Assembly (NCBI GenBank): GCA_044892525.1
Contig: CM097885.1
Span: 237,524,001 to 237,588,000, forward strand
Origin: Schmidtea polychroa
Taxonomy: Eukaryota
Reading direction: 5' to 3'
Length of the DNA: 64,000 nt
Both the position numbers and the translations under genes were made by a program. Within the stretch, counting starts at the first letter, position 1; the number at the start of each line of letters is the position of its first letter. A model generated the notes under the pieces. That model did no database searches. It had not been told where the DNA came from and saw only the letters and a list, made by a program, of their open reading frames with translations. Of this stretch, positions 1 through 57,635 are shown piece by piece.

Positions 1-207
1 AAGTAACGCTTGATTCAAAACCTGTAGAGAATTTCACACTTGTAATTTAAAAACTGTTTAAAAGATACAGGGAGTTGTAGACAATAAGTCAAAATACATT
101 GAAGATCGAATATAAATTTATGTTTAAAGGTTTTTATATGGTTAGAACAAATAAAAATTGTTTACAACCTAATAGAACACCTTTTTCTCAAGATTTTCAT
201 AAAACAT

Positions 208-39920
<39,713 letters not shown>

Positions 39921-40006
39921 TTTCCAATTAGAATCTAACTCTAAAAGTGATGGTTAAACAAAAAATATAATTATGAAATAATTTAAATGCAGCTGAGTGA
40001 TTCTCC

Positions 40007-40030
40007 GTGCTTAGAAACGGTAGTAGTAAC
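40007..40030 (-). promoter_or_regulatory. Candidate RFX X-box(es) upstream of the AGBL-like gene
   Basis: GTTTCTAAGCAC and adjacent GTTACTACTAC on the minus strand ~90-110 bp upstream of the ATG at 39920; imperfect matches. Confidence 0.4.
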
Positions 40031-40544
40031 GGTGGCTGTTTAATTATTTTACACAATAGGTTAAATATTGAAAACGTCACGACATTTTATCAATCTTTTA
40101 TGCTAGAAAAATATTTATTATTATGCAAATAATCTATTTCTTATTAAAACAATTCATTATAATTTAATTTTGTATGAAAAAGTTTGTTTATTTTGTTTTA
40201 ATGTTAATAAATTATTTCGAATTTTAATTTATTTTTACATTAGAAAAACTGCTACAGATGCTCGTTTTATTTCTAATAAAATGATTTTTGTAAATATTTT
40301 TGAAATATCTTTGAAATATTCTTTAAAATCGATTATAAATAGAAATAATATTGTAAAAAATTAAAATTTCTTTCATGGCATAATGCAGTGGTTCTTGACC
40401 TGGGGTGAGTACCCTTGGGAGTGAGAGAAAGCATTATCAGACATGCGAGAGAAGTTTCTAAAAGTTCTGGTGTACACATTTAATCCACAATTGGCATATA
40501 CTTCTATATACCTTTACCATTCGCCACTACTTACCTATGTTTAA

Positions 40545-41224
40545 CCACTTGCCGGGCGATTTTTTTCATGTTTTCGGTCAAAAAAAAACTATTTTTTTTA
40601 AATCATTAATTAATAGTATATAATCAAAATATAACGTAAATATATATTTTTTAATTTTCCGAGTTTGTATTCACTAATTATTAATTATTGTTATTATATA
40701 AAAAAATAAGAGCCACTGTGTAGATATCATCTCTTAGGATATTAAATAAGAGTCCCATCATAAAATTAGTCAACTGTGAGGCTATAAATAATGAACCCGC
40801 TCGATGAACCCATTTTATAAATCAATAAAATATATTTTAAACAGTTAAAAATGAAATAGTTCAAAGTGCACACACACACATACACAAACAAAAAACAGTT
40901 TGAAAAACACGAAATGTCCGAAGAACGAAGTGAAACAATTCAAAAACGATGCAGTCGCGCGCGTGGTTATTGGACAACTGATATTTTAGAAAATATGAAA
41001 AAAATACGAACCTGGAATTGATGTGTGTATAGCCGAAAATTCACATGTGTTTATAAAAAAATGACCTAAGAAATGGCAGTTTAGAACATAAATATCGTAA
41101 AATAATGTTGTTCGAAATATCACTCATATGTTAGTCCACGCCCGGGATCAGATTTCTTATTCAAAGGACAATATTTTTTCTATATGAGTTTGCGCTCACA
41201 TGTGATCGCGGGCCCGGCAAGTGG
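40545..41224. mobile_element. piggyBac-type MITE
   Basis: Perfect 13-bp TIRs ccacttgccgggc / gcccggcaagtgg flanked by TTAA; lies just downstream of an orphan hAT end (cagtggttcttgacc at 40386). Confidence 0.9.
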
Positions 41225-43065
41225 TTAAGTGGAATTTTCATCACTGCAAATAAAAGCAAAGTTCAGAAATCACTTAAATGCATGTGTAAAAAACATGTGT
41301 AACTCTTTCAAAAAATGATTCTCACTTAAAAAGTGTTATTACGAATAAATAACTACAATGTAGCCTTTAAAAATTTAGATATTATTTTGTATGTATATTA
41401 TTTAATAAATAGGTTATCATGAAATAGATGTAATTTCTTAACTAAAGAAATAAACACATCTTTCAAGAGAGTGCGAAAACTTATTTTTAGATTCAAGGGG
41501 TGCCGGTCACAAAACAGGTTAAAAAGCATTGACCTAAAGGACAAAAACTGCCTCACTAACCTCATTGGAAAATATTTTACTGATGCCAATGTTTTCAATG
41601 TCGAATTTTTTTATTTTATTTTAATTAAATTTTAAATTAATTAAATAAATTTTAAATAATTAAATTTTAATTAGATTTTAATTAAATTTTAAATAATTAA
41701 ATGATAATTTAAGCCTTTTGCTGGAAATAATACAATTAATATAAATGAAAAGATTTTCGACTATACAATTTTTATTAACTATATTATTATTTGCAGCAAA
41801 AGACTTAAATTATCATTTGATTGTTTAACATTAATATTTACTTATAAAGATTTCTGATTTTTTTCTTTCTTGAAATTTTGCCACATCTTCTGGTGTGTCT
41901 TTTGACGTATCAGAGATATATTCGAAGGTGCTCATATTTTCTAAATAAAATAAATTTTTAGAAATTTAACAAATGTTTTAATTAATTTTAAAATGTCACC
42001 ATCATTGGCTATGGTATGCAATTAATTTTAATGTTGCCCAGACGTTATCGAAGGCATAATTATTACAACTGTAATAAGACTAACCACCTGAACCGGCAAC
42101 TAATTAACATGTTAATTAACTAATTAACGCGCGTGTCGAACCTGTCCAAAGCAATTTCTTTTAACTATTACAAGTTAGACCCTATACAATATTGTTCGAT
42201 TATTATAGTTAAAGTCATTTATCCACGAAGTGTTTCTGTATATAAATATTTTCAAAAATGCACTTTTCACAAAGCTTTAACATTGACAAAGGAAATTTTA
42301 GAGACTTTTGCATGATATGATTTCGGAGTCTGGCGCCATTTAAGATACAAAATATTTGTTTTTTCTATCTTTGACCATCTTCCAATAAAATTTTGAACAC
42401 GTCGTGGTCAGTAAAGTTGTATGGCATGTAAATCTCCATATTTTGTAAAAAGAAAATTTCCAAAAACGTTGTGGTCAGTAAAGATATTTTTACCGAAATA
42501 ATATTTTGAAAATTTCAAACCTCGTGTTACAGCGAGATAAAACAAAAAAGTAAAATTTCACTTTAAAATCAATATTTGCACTTTTTAATCAATAATTGGA
42601 CATTAAAAAATTAATACTTGAATTTCTTTTTAATAATTGAACTTAGAAATCAATAATTTTACTTTTAAATCAATAAATATTAAAAAATTTTAAATCAATA
42701 ATCACGACTTGACCTTAAAGGAGGAGGGGAAGTTTTACTAAAATGTCACTAAAGGTTTCAGAAATTAACCTGGAGGAGACCTGTCTTTACATGTTCAACT
42801 CTATGTTGCTTGCTCAAAAGTTAGTTCAGCCAAAATCCTCTTCATCCTTGCATCACAATGACCACATTACATCAACGTTATCTATCAAAAAGCATTTTCT
42901 TAAAATGACAGGTTGACATGATCATTTTAAAATGTATAAATATTTTTTTCTTTTGTATTTTTGAAATGTTTTTTATAATATGTGATAGATGTTGAAAATA
43001 AATAAATAATTTTGGAAATTTATGTGTGCTTTACTGAAAGAAAACAATTATACAACACAACTTAT

Positions 43066-43098
43066 ATTGCCCTGGGCAACGCCTGGTACCCCAGCTAG
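43066..43098 (+). mobile_element. Helitron 3' terminus (element extends an undetermined distance upstream)
   Basis: ctgggcaacgcctgg hairpin followed by taccccagCTAG|T, the canonical Helitron 3' end. Confidence 0.7.
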
Positions 43099-44384
43099 TA
43101 TAGTGATATAAAATTGATTAAGGGTTATTAAAGAAATGTTATGTTATTAAAGATATACAAAAATCATTAATTAGGCGTAAAAAATAAATATATTTAATCA
43201 AAAACCCCAAGCGTGACAGACGAAACGTCAACCTGTCAAGCAAAATAAATTAAAAACGAAATTGTCCCCGACTACTTATAAGAAGATAATTTAATGGAAA
43301 TTTTTATGAGTCGTGAGCTTCCTATAAAAGGACTCAGACAATTTTCCATTTTGTTTGAAGACAAAAAATAAAATGAGAGAAGTAAAGAAATTAAAATCCA
43401 AGCGGAAAAAACAAGAGAAAAGAAAAAAAATTATTTTCAAATTCGTTTAGTCAACTTACTTGAGGCGACCTACCAATAGGTTACCTACCCATAGCTTAAG
43501 TAAATCTATTGAAACTGTATTGAAGAAAGGCCAAAAATTGTGAAGTGTAATATAAATAAAAGTTACTTGTGTTGCGTCATTTCTTTGATCAAAAGCACAT
43601 GGAGTTGGATTATAGAATATCCTGCTGAACCATATAATATAACTCAGCAATTGTATAAATATAATATACGTTTTTCAATCTGAAAAGTGCAGAGAAAAAA
43701 ATGATATAATTTTATGAAATACGGAAAACGTTATTTGTTTTCATAAATTGATAATTTCATGTTTTCAATACTGATTAGACATACAAAAAATTTAAATAAA
43801 TAATAAATAAATTTACTTACTCGTTTTATTCAAATTTGAAAATATCTAATTATCCAAGTAAAACAAATAACATTACAAGCAATGATTTAACCTTTAGTAA
43901 GTAAAATAAAAATTTCACTAAAAATATATATGTTGAGCAAACATAATGGCAGATCAGAAAAAATGAAGAGTAATTATCAAACTTTATAACGGTGTTAATG
44001 TGATATTTAATTAAAACAAAATAAAATTGATTTATAAGTAGTTCAAGTAGTTATATTTACTACTATAACCGTTTGAAGTTTCTAAAATATTGTTCATGAA
44101 AAATTTGTAATAAACAATGTCAATGGAAAGATACCAAATTTATTATTTTATACCATAAAAAGTGATAATAAAATTTATTAATTTCATATATTAATTGTTT
44201 TAATTAAAATCCTTTTATGAGTAATCGATTTTTATAAAACATTTTATGGAAGCAGTTGAGAATTAGGAAAAGGGACGTAAAATCAATTAAAGGCAATGAT
44301 TGTAATGAAGATATTGCTACAGAAAGTACAGGAAAACAAGATCTAGGTAGTTTAAATATAAATCAAATATTCATCAAGTAGACT

Positions 44385-47300
44385 CAGCGCCGGTTTGAGA
44401 TAATTATACGCCCCAGGCGAAAATTATAAAAAGCGCCCTATTTTAAAAATTAGGTACAAAAATTATGATAAAATAAAAAAGTTTAACAAAAAACAATCCA
44501 TTTATTACTTTATTTCATTTTTTTCGATTGACATATATATAAAAAAAACAGAATTTATAAGAATGATTTTTTCCTGGCTTTCATGTCTGCAAATTTTTCT
44601 ATTGCTGCCTCCAAATTTAGGTTTGCTACAACATTATTTTCAATTGAAATAATGGCCAAATTATTCAACCTATCTTCCGTCATAGTAGATCGCAAATACG
44701 TTTTTATTAGTTTTAATTTACTAAAACTTCTTTCACCACTCGTAACACTAACAGGAATTGTTACGAGGATTCGTAAAGCCACCCACAGATTTGGTACTGT
44801 ACTTTTCAAATTATTATCATTGATAAATTGTAAACATATTAAAGGATCTTTAACATCATCTGGTACCAATTGCTTCAATGATTCGATTTCCTCGCACAAT
44901 TCTATTCCATTTATATCACTACTGGCCTCATTTGTTAATTTCAGATGTAAATCTTTGCAACTCTTCAGCAAATCACAACGATTTTTATTATTGTGAATAT
45001 TGAACAAAAAACCCCACGAATCTTCGAAATCTTTCATTTGCTGAAACCTTTCTGATATAGATATCAACGATTGATCCAGCATAACATTAAAAACATGATT
45101 TTTATAATATTTTTCTGGGTCATTTACATCTGGAGTTTCATCGTCACACTCATAACTAAATTGTTTTTGTCGCCTTCTGATTCTTACAGCTTTAAATTGT
45201 GCGTTCACGTTTAATAGCGCAGCGAGATCTTTGGCCGATTTTAAAGCATCAGAAAAACCGGAGTCTCTATAATTTTCTAGAAAAATCTTACAATTCCGAA
45301 GAAGCTCGATGGCGTTACTCATATCAAATGTAGCTTTTTGCATGGATTTGCTGACAATATTAAATTTTGACAAAAGTACGTACCAGACAGATAATGTTAA
45401 CAAAAACTCGAAATCTTCTATTTTTTCAGATAAAGAGCTAGCTTCTGAAACAACTGCAGCATCTAATATTGTGTCTTGCAACTCATTTAATGCGTTTCTA
45501 ATTTCCGTGATTTCAAACATAATTGCTTTAATGCATTCGATTCTACATTCCCACCTCGTTTCACTTAAAGGTTTAGGATTTAATGATTTAATATGTTTTT
45601 TCAATATATTCCATCGTCCAACAGATGCAGCAAACAAAGTATAAATTCTTTGAACATATCCGAAAAACTTTATGCACATTATTGAAGAAGAAACACTATC
45701 ACCAATTAGTAGGTTAATTGAGTGACAACCGCAAGGCATAAAAAACGCTCTTGGATTTTCTTTTAAAATTCTAGCTTGCACTCCTTTAATTTTACCTTTC
45801 ATATTAGCGCCGTTATCATATCCTTGGCCTCTACAGTTTGCTAATTCCAAATTGAATTCTTCTAAACTTTCAGAAATATCATCATATAATCCTTTTCCAG
45901 TAGAATCAAAAACTGGTTTAAAGGATACAAAATGCTCTTTTATTTCCATATCCTCAACATCATAAAATCTTAACGTTATGGAGAGCTGTTCGATATGGCT
46001 TATGTCAGGTGTGCAGTCTAAAATAATCGAAAAATATTTCGATTTACGAACAGAATCCAAAATATGACTTCTTGTCATATCACCAAGTGTACTTATTAAT
46101 TCGTTTTGTATAGTTTTTCCACAATAATGAACATGAATTTCTTGTGAGACCACCCTGCGCAAATGCTCATTTAATGGTAAATCAAATTTTCCTAGAAGTT
46201 CAACAAGGCCTAAAAAATTTCCATTATGCGGAACAAATAACTTATCACAAGAACCCCGAAATGCTAAATTATTTTTTGACAAAAATAATGTTATGTTTAT
46301 TAATCTTTCTAGTACCTTTTTCCAATTATATTTTTCTTGGACTATCAAAGACTGCAAATTCTTATCAATAGTTTTATTGCCCTTTAATCTTAATCGAGTT
46401 TCTATCCAGTTTTTTTCACATTTTAAATGTGAAACTGACCGTTCGTGCATTTTCAAGCTGTCGTGAATATTTTTCCAATCCCATAAACCAGATTTGGCTA
46501 GATTTGACCTACCTGATGGATCAAAAAGTTTGCAAAAAAAACAAAATACAGAATTTTTGGATTCTGAATAGTGCAACCATTTTCTTAGGAATTTTTCACC
46601 ATTACTTATTTGACGATAAAAAAGCGAATTGGAAAAGCTTCGATTATTTTCATCTCTTGGATAAATATGTTGTTGATTACACCTTTCTTCGTTTCCATAT
46701 AAGTCAGTTACAACTATATGGTCAATTTCCGTATGTTTTAAATTTTGTGGCCATAGCCCAATATCATTATAATTTAAAATATTTTCAAATACAGAATGAG
46801 TTGAATCACAAGGAACAATTATTTCAGTTCCGTGAGAAGACATTAAATTATCCTCATTGATAATATTACAATTTTCAGCTTCTGATGACACATTACCTAT
46901 ATCGTCCTCTGAGCTTGAAGATGTTGACTCGAAATGTTGATTATCATCGGCTACTGATTTACTGGAATTAAAATATTTCAATATTTTATCGTGCTTATCA
47001 GCTTGTTGTTGTCTATTTATTTTTCGTTTCCGATATTCATACCCACTCAATTTTTTTGGTGGCATCTTAGCTATGGCATAAATTTATATAAATATATTAT
47101 ATATTTTCCAATATATTTTTAAAAAATGATCTTAATCTTACCTTACCTCTTATATATTTATATTTTTAAAACAGAATAGGAATACAAATTTAATTTGAAT
47201 AAACTGCAACAACACAACACATTAGTTACACACTTGAAACAAAAAAATTGTTAAAAAAAAACTGGTAGCTATAGCTGTTAATTTAACTCGCACATCAGTT

Positions 47301-47579
47301 TTTGTAATACATACATATAATTTTTTTTATTTCAATTTTCAATACATATCAGAATTTCTCAGAATTGGAAATTCGTATATTTTGCATGTACTTTTTTTTT
47401 GTTTTTTCTTATTTTCAATTTTTTTTAAAACGGTTGGTTTCATAGATAAATTTCAAAATATAAAGTTTTGGAGGCTTATTTTATAATTTACTTTGATTGT
47501 TTATAATAAATTTTGGCGCCCTCTAAAAAAAGGCGCCCTAGGCTATGGCCTAGGTCGCCTGGCCCTTGGGCCGGGCCTG
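44385..47579 (-). mobile_element. Full-length, potentially autonomous hAT (Tip100/ZMYM1-like) transposon
   Basis: CAG..CCGG imperfect TIRs, GC-rich subterminal gcgccc repeats, perfect 8-bp TSD agtagact. Confidence 0.95.
44555..47065 (-). CDS. hAT transposase, 836 aa (TTF-type zinc finger, DUF4371 region, hAT dimerisation domain)
   Basis: RKWLHYSESKNSVFCFFCKLF; SIILDCTPDISHIEQL; CRGQGYDNGANM; CGCHSINL; ETRW; SGERSFSKLKLIKTYLRSTM; uninterrupted. Confidence 0.95.
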   Translation of the reverse strand: MPPKKLSGYEYRKRKINRQQQADKHDKILKYFNSSKSVADDNQHFESTSSSSEDDIGNVSSEAENCNIINEDNLMSSHGTEIIVPCDSTHSVFENILNYNDIGLWPQNLKHTEIDHIVVTDLYGNEERCNQQHIYPRDENNRSFSNSLFYRQISNGEKFLRKWLHYSESKNSVFCFFCKLFDPSGRSNLAKSGLWDWKNIHDSLKMHERSVSHLKCEKNWIETRLRLKGNKTIDKNLQSLIVQEKYNWKKVLERLINITLFLSKNNLAFRGSCDKLFVPHNGNFLGLVELLGKFDLPLNEHLRRVVSQEIHVHYCGKTIQNELISTLGDMTRSHILDSVRKSKYFSIILDCTPDISHIEQLSITLRFYDVEDMEIKEHFVSFKPVFDSTGKGLYDDISESLEEFNLELANCRGQGYDNGANMKGKIKGVQARILKENPRAFFMPCGCHSINLLIGDSVSSSIMCIKFFGYVQRIYTLFAASVGRWNILKKHIKSLNPKPLSETRWECRIECIKAIMFEITEIRNALNELQDTILDAAVVSEASSLSEKIEDFEFLLTLSVWYVLLSKFNIVSKSMQKATFDMSNAIELLRNCKIFLENYRDSGFSDALKSAKDLAALLNVNAQFKAVRIRRRQKQFSYECDDETPDVNDPEKYYKNHVFNVMLDQSLISISERFQQMKDFEDSWGFLFNIHNNKNRCDLLKSCKDLHLKLTNEASSDINGIELCEEIESLKQLVPDDVKDPLICLQFINDNNLKSTVPNLWVALRILVTIPVSVTSGERSFSKLKLIKTYLRSTMTEDRLNNLAIISIENNVVANLNLEAAIEKFADMKARKKSFL

Positions 47580-47846
47580 AGTAGACTCACTACTTAGAGA
47601 AATTGATGAGTAAAAAGACAATGAAAACAATACGCATGAGGGTGATAAAATAATGGAAAAATCTAAAAATTCCTGAAGATGAAACTTTTGGGAAGTTAAA
47701 CAGTAGAGTACCTTGAGGACTATGATCCATGGGATATTTAGATTGAAATTTTTTAATATTTTGTTTTAATGAAATTATTTTTAATGATATAAAAAAGGAG
47801 ATCATATATAATTAAATAATAATTAATTTAATGAGTTATTATATCC

Positions 47847-47885
47847 CACCTGATGATGACAGGAAAACTGTCGAAATTAATCGTG
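47847..47885 (+). ncRNA. Minimal type I hammerhead ribozyme (family A)
   Basis: CAC CUGAUGA uGACAG gaaaa CUGUC GAAA UUAA UC GUG: perfect core, 5-bp stem II, palindromic stem III, 3-bp stem I. Confidence 0.8.
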
Positions 47886-47959
47886 TAAAGAATGTTTGAT
47901 TGGCGTTTTCTTATAATTGAATAATTGTTTATGGGTTTACTGCAAATTATTTGTAACAT

Positions 47960-48177
47960 TATTGCCAATTTCACCTCCTTGGGGTATCTACTGTAGTAAA
48001 TCAAGGTGACCCTGAGTAGGGTTAGAGTACTCTAGGGTGGTCATCTGGGGTTGAAATATAGCCTATGACCTGTCCCGAGTCAAATGAGGGTCACATGCAA
48101 AATTTCAGCATCCTAGGTCCAACGGTGGGGAACTCTATGGGTAACAAACAAACAAACCTTCATCTTTATATATTAGA
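47960..48177 (-). mobile_element. Non-autonomous Helitron 5' portion
   Basis: Minus strand begins A|TCTAATATATAAAGATGAAGG(TTTG)n...CCGTTGGACC...TGAAATTTTGCA, the typical non-autonomous Helitron 5' layout; the left boundary is approximate. Confidence 0.65.
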
Positions 48178-49093
48178 TAATAAAAAAATTAATCTGAAAA
48201 AAGTTTATTAATAGCATGCAAAAAAATAACTAAAAGTTAAAATTATGAGCTAAGCCACTAATATAATCCATTCTGTCACGATTATCATAATCTCGAACAA
48301 TACGTTGAACACGAAGAGCACTGTCTCGGTAACGTTTTTTGACTGCAGGAGTATTAGTTCCACTGAATTTCCCCACAATGCATTTGCCGGATACGATTGT
48401 TTACGACATCAACATGATTTATAAAACAAGATTTGATTATTGACAAGTGAGAGTTAAACTTAAAAAGTGAAAATTGTTTTTCCAAGTTGAGATAGGTTTT
48501 GGAGATCATAATTATGATTTGGCTCAATATCATTGCAAGAGTCGGCATTACATCATATCCATACGCTACTGATTTTTATTTTGAAAATGACATTATTGAA
48601 TTTCCCATCAAAATATTCTATCAAATTGATTTTAATGTGCGTTTCCAATTTTTTTTATTTGAAACATTAATAAAATGACAAAAAAACAAATAACAAAATG
48701 CTGAATTTTGATTGGTTCTCAAACATTTAAAGCGATCTAAAAATTGAAAAAAAGCTACGATGACGTAATAGGCAACGGTAACAGCACCCTTTCAAAATTT
48801 GGAATGAATAAATCACAGGCTTAAAATATGCAAATCTGTGATGAATCTGGCATCATTTTACAAAGCTCTCATTGTCAATAATCGCTGAATAAATACATGC
48901 AAATTGTCACATATCGAGCGCCAAAACTGCATAATGAGATTGGCTTATATATAATAATTAAACATTAAATATAGTCAAACTATTAAATGGCAATAATAAT
49001 AAATCACATCATATCAAAAAAAAACATTTAGCAATAAAAACAGTTCTATAATTCAATTAAAGTATATTTATTTACATTAAATTTAATAAACAC

Positions 49094-49333
49094 TTATAAA
49101 ATTGTACAAATGGCTGATGATTTTGTCTCATCGTTCTGACTTTTTGGTAGTAACGGAGGATTATTTCCATATTCTGAATAGTACACATCGCATTCGATAT
49201 TTGAGAATTTATTTTTTGTGTTTATTATCACTGACAGATCAGCATATCTGTTTTGAATATATGAAAGTTCTTCATCGTTAAGTTTAGCATCGATATATTT
49301 ATCTATTGATAATACCTCTTTACAATGCATCAA
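49094..49333 (-). CDS. Candidate terminal exon of an unidentified protein ending in a CaaX box (CTIL)
   Basis: Open frame with protein-like composition ending KSSAICTIL*; possible acceptor tcaatag near 49304; upstream exons not resolved. Confidence 0.45.
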   Translation of the reverse strand: MMHCKEVLSIDKYIDAKLNDEELSYIQNRYADLSVIINTKNKFSNIECDVYYSEYGNNPPLLPKSQNDETKSSAICTIL

Positions 49334-49857
49334 TACAAATTATATTCTTTAAATTACTTTCAAAATATTTCTTCATGAAATAAGTTATTTCAAATACAAC
49401 TATTTGATACTATTAATAATAAATTATTTCTTAATTTCGCTGAAGTTTATAATTAAAATATTAAAATACAATAATTATGTCATATAAATTTAAAAATAAA
49501 TATTTTATAACATAATATAAATATTTGGATAATTAATCAGATAGCTAAAAAGATTAAATTAAATATTGAAACCCATATTTCAAATTATTTACTCGTATCT
49601 ATGCAAATATTATTAATAGTTTTAATGCATATAAAGAATTGTGTGGATATTGGAATAAATAATATTTATTAATTTGATATAGTTTTATTGTAGAATCTCA
49701 CAATTTATTGTAACTTTTTCCCAAAATATTAAAATAATTATTAGTTTTAGTTTAAAAATATTAATATTTTAAAGGTTTATTAAGTTATTAAAATTTTGAA
49801 TAAAAGTGCTAGAACAAATGAAATTTTGAATAAAATATTGAAATGATAGCTGGTTTT

Positions 49858-50001
49858 GAAGGGGGAAATTGTTACGCTTCAAATTATAAAGTCATGATTT
49901 TACTATGGTTACAGTTGTACTTGACCTCGAAACGCCAAATAATTTAATTGATACCAGCACTGCACCTTGGGCTACTTGTCTTTAATGCTAAATCGGTAAC
50001 A
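49858..50001 (+). mobile_element. PPT plus short 3' LTR remnant
   Basis: Purine tract gaagggggaaa directly before TGTTAC...GTAACA (49870-50001). Confidence 0.4.
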
Positions 50002-51193
50002 TGAGAGAACTAATGAGCAGATGAGCTTTGTTATAAAAATTAATACTTGTAAATTCTCTTTGAAAGTTTCTGACTATTTATAGAAGAGTGTAATTCTCCT
50101 TCGTCTTTTCTCTTAAAAATTGAGACATTCATATACAAATGCATTTTGGTTTCTTGGAAATTCGCTCAATGGATGTTGTTCATTGCAACTTTAAAAAAGT
50201 GGAATGCAAATACTTTTTTGAAATCTTAAGCAGCATTTCTTTTCATTTCATGGTATTTCAAAAAAAAACTATTATTCCAAACCTAGAACATTTAAATAAC
50301 TTGGACAAAACATTTGTCCATGTTAGATGAAAATTAACAAAATTGTCAAAAGTTATATATTATTTAGATGTAACACAGAGAGAGTTTAATGTTGAATAAA
50401 TAAAATTCATTACCATATAAAATAAACTTAAACATAAAATAATAAAACAAAAGTAATCAAAAAATGAAAAAAATAACGAAGTATAGCTATGAAAATACAA
50501 AAAATAACAAAAAATAAAGTTGAATTTTAAACTTAATATTTTATGGAAAAATAGAATAAATTAATTTTCAAAAAATTAAAATATTATATTATTGGGTAGG
50601 AATCATGTTGTCGATTGGAATTACGCTTTGGATTTCTACGGGATTATTTTTTGACTATCAGAAATTTTCAAAGCAATTTTAAAAACTATTTGAAAATTTT
50701 CGTTCAGAAGGGAGATTCTGTATCTCTTCTAGAGATTTTAAAGAATATTTTCAAATGGAAATAATATTTAATAAGTCACGAAAGTCCTTTTGTCTAAGGA
50801 TCCCGAAATAATAAATATTTAATATATTAATAACTCTTTAAAATTTTTCTCAACATATGTGTTGTATACATATTTAACATTTCAATTGTTTACCAATGCG
50901 TCCAAAGTGATAATATTTCAGCGTCGACACGTAAGAATAATTATAATAAAAGGATTCAAAATTTTCAGTTAATTTACAGTTATAAACAAAATTATGAAAT
51001 GTGAAAATACAAACTTATCAAGATATTTCATGAGACGATGAAATATTTCTGGGTCTCTTCGAACAATAAGACAATATGTTATTACATATCCCATATATTC
51101 AAGAGTCTATTAAGCAATTATGTAATATATTAATAGCATCATACCAATAGCAATATTAAACATTGCAAAACAAATCGTAAAAAAACAAATTTT

Positions 51194-56366
<5,173 letters not shown>

Positions 56367-56474
56367 AAAAAGCTTAATATTTAGATTAAAAAAAATATAG
56401 AAAAAACTTAAATTTTTTTACTTGTATTAATTAATATTTATTTATATTTAATTATCTTTTTAAATTTAAAAAAG

Positions 56475-56489
56475 GTATAACCAAGCAAC
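56475..56489 (-). promoter_or_regulatory. Candidate RFX X-box of TRAF3IP1/IFT54
   Basis: GTTGCTTGGTTATAC ~110-120 bp upstream of the ATG, a relatively GC-rich motif in an AT-rich promoter; IFT genes are established RFX targets. Confidence 0.6.
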
Positions 56490-56739
56490 AGAACAGAAAA
56501 AATAAACAATGAATAAAAATTAATTATTTGTTTAATACTAATTATAATATTAAACTAATTAAAAAATAGTTTTTTGAAAATTAATGGTTAATGAAAATTA
56601 AAATATATCAATTACATTTGGCATTTCATTAAATTAGCATTAAAATAAATTTTAAGTTTCATTTCTGAATTTCTTTTAAAACCAATTACGCATTATATGA
56701 AAGGAAATCTACAATTTTGAATTTCTTTTAATCAGAGGC

Positions 56740-57600
56740 AGGTTATACGATGTAGAGACCTGACATTATTAATAATTGTCATAAAAGAGTCAGAGTATAA
56801 GGTCAGGTCATTGATAATAGATAAAAATGATTCAGGAGGTTGACGTTATCGTTGGGATAGATTTGATTCTTGAACTTAGCAGAATGAGTATAAGCAAAAC
56901 AGGAATCGAATTCAATAATAAACAAGAACGCCCCAGCTTAGCGGCAATTGGTACGAATCGGAATGTAATTAAAGATCAGGATTTTTGTGCTTCATTCTAC
57001 GAAGGTAAATAAATGGTAACATGGAAACGGAATGATCAGCAGGTAGTTATAGAAAGATGGATTGAAGATGGATTGAATATATAGATTGAATTTTATGGAA
57101 TTAAGATTGAAATAAGAGAAAAATTTGAAGAAGAAATTGAAGAATGAATTAACAAAGGTTGGCTGCAAAAGTTCAGGGGGAAAAAGCGGTACCATTTCTT
57201 TAATGACGGTTGAACAGAAAAAAGGTGAACTTAGGCCGATTTTCGACTTCTAAGAGCTAAATGAATATAATCAATGTCACACTGGAAACAGCGTAGTTTG
57301 TGATGAAAGCTTACAAAAATGGAAACGTCAGACTATTAGGTTTCATAATGTCAATTACAATTTAACCTCTTTAAGATTTGATCTTAGTAGTCCATCAAAA
57401 ACCATTTTAGCAATTTTGTGAAAGGTGTTAGAAATGGATGTATCAGTCAGTAAGACGTCCGATCATTATATTAATGGTATCACATTAGATGCAACATCAC
57501 TGAAAGGTGAATCGGTTATGGGTCACTTGAGAAGGTTTGTATAAGAAACAAAATATCCTGAACTAATCAATGAGCTAGGGCTCTGTGTTTGCAAGTGCAA
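56740..57600 (+). pseudogene. Ty3/gypsy pol remnant (protease-RT region)
   Basis: DVIVGIDLI; IKDQDFCASF; LMTVEQKKGELRPIFDF*ELNEYNQCHTG..VCDE; heavily disrupted. Confidence 0.7.
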
Positions 57601-57635
57601 CAGCTGAAAAGTGGCCAAACAATATAATCTATGGG

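Noticed and set aside
41843..41941. Short minus-strand exon-like frame MSTFEYISDTSKDTPEDVAKFQERKNQKSL*
   Set aside because: Good acceptor, but only ~30 codons and no linkable upstream exon or homology.
44583..46860. Plus-strand ORFs opposite the hAT transposase (similarly 59600-60492, 61193-61426)
   Set aside because: Antisense shadows of real transposase or integrase frames.
44230..47760. Exon-like plus-strand sequence on both sides of the hAT insertion
   Set aside because: Multiple stops in all frames and no recognisable homology; at best an unidentifiable pseudogene.
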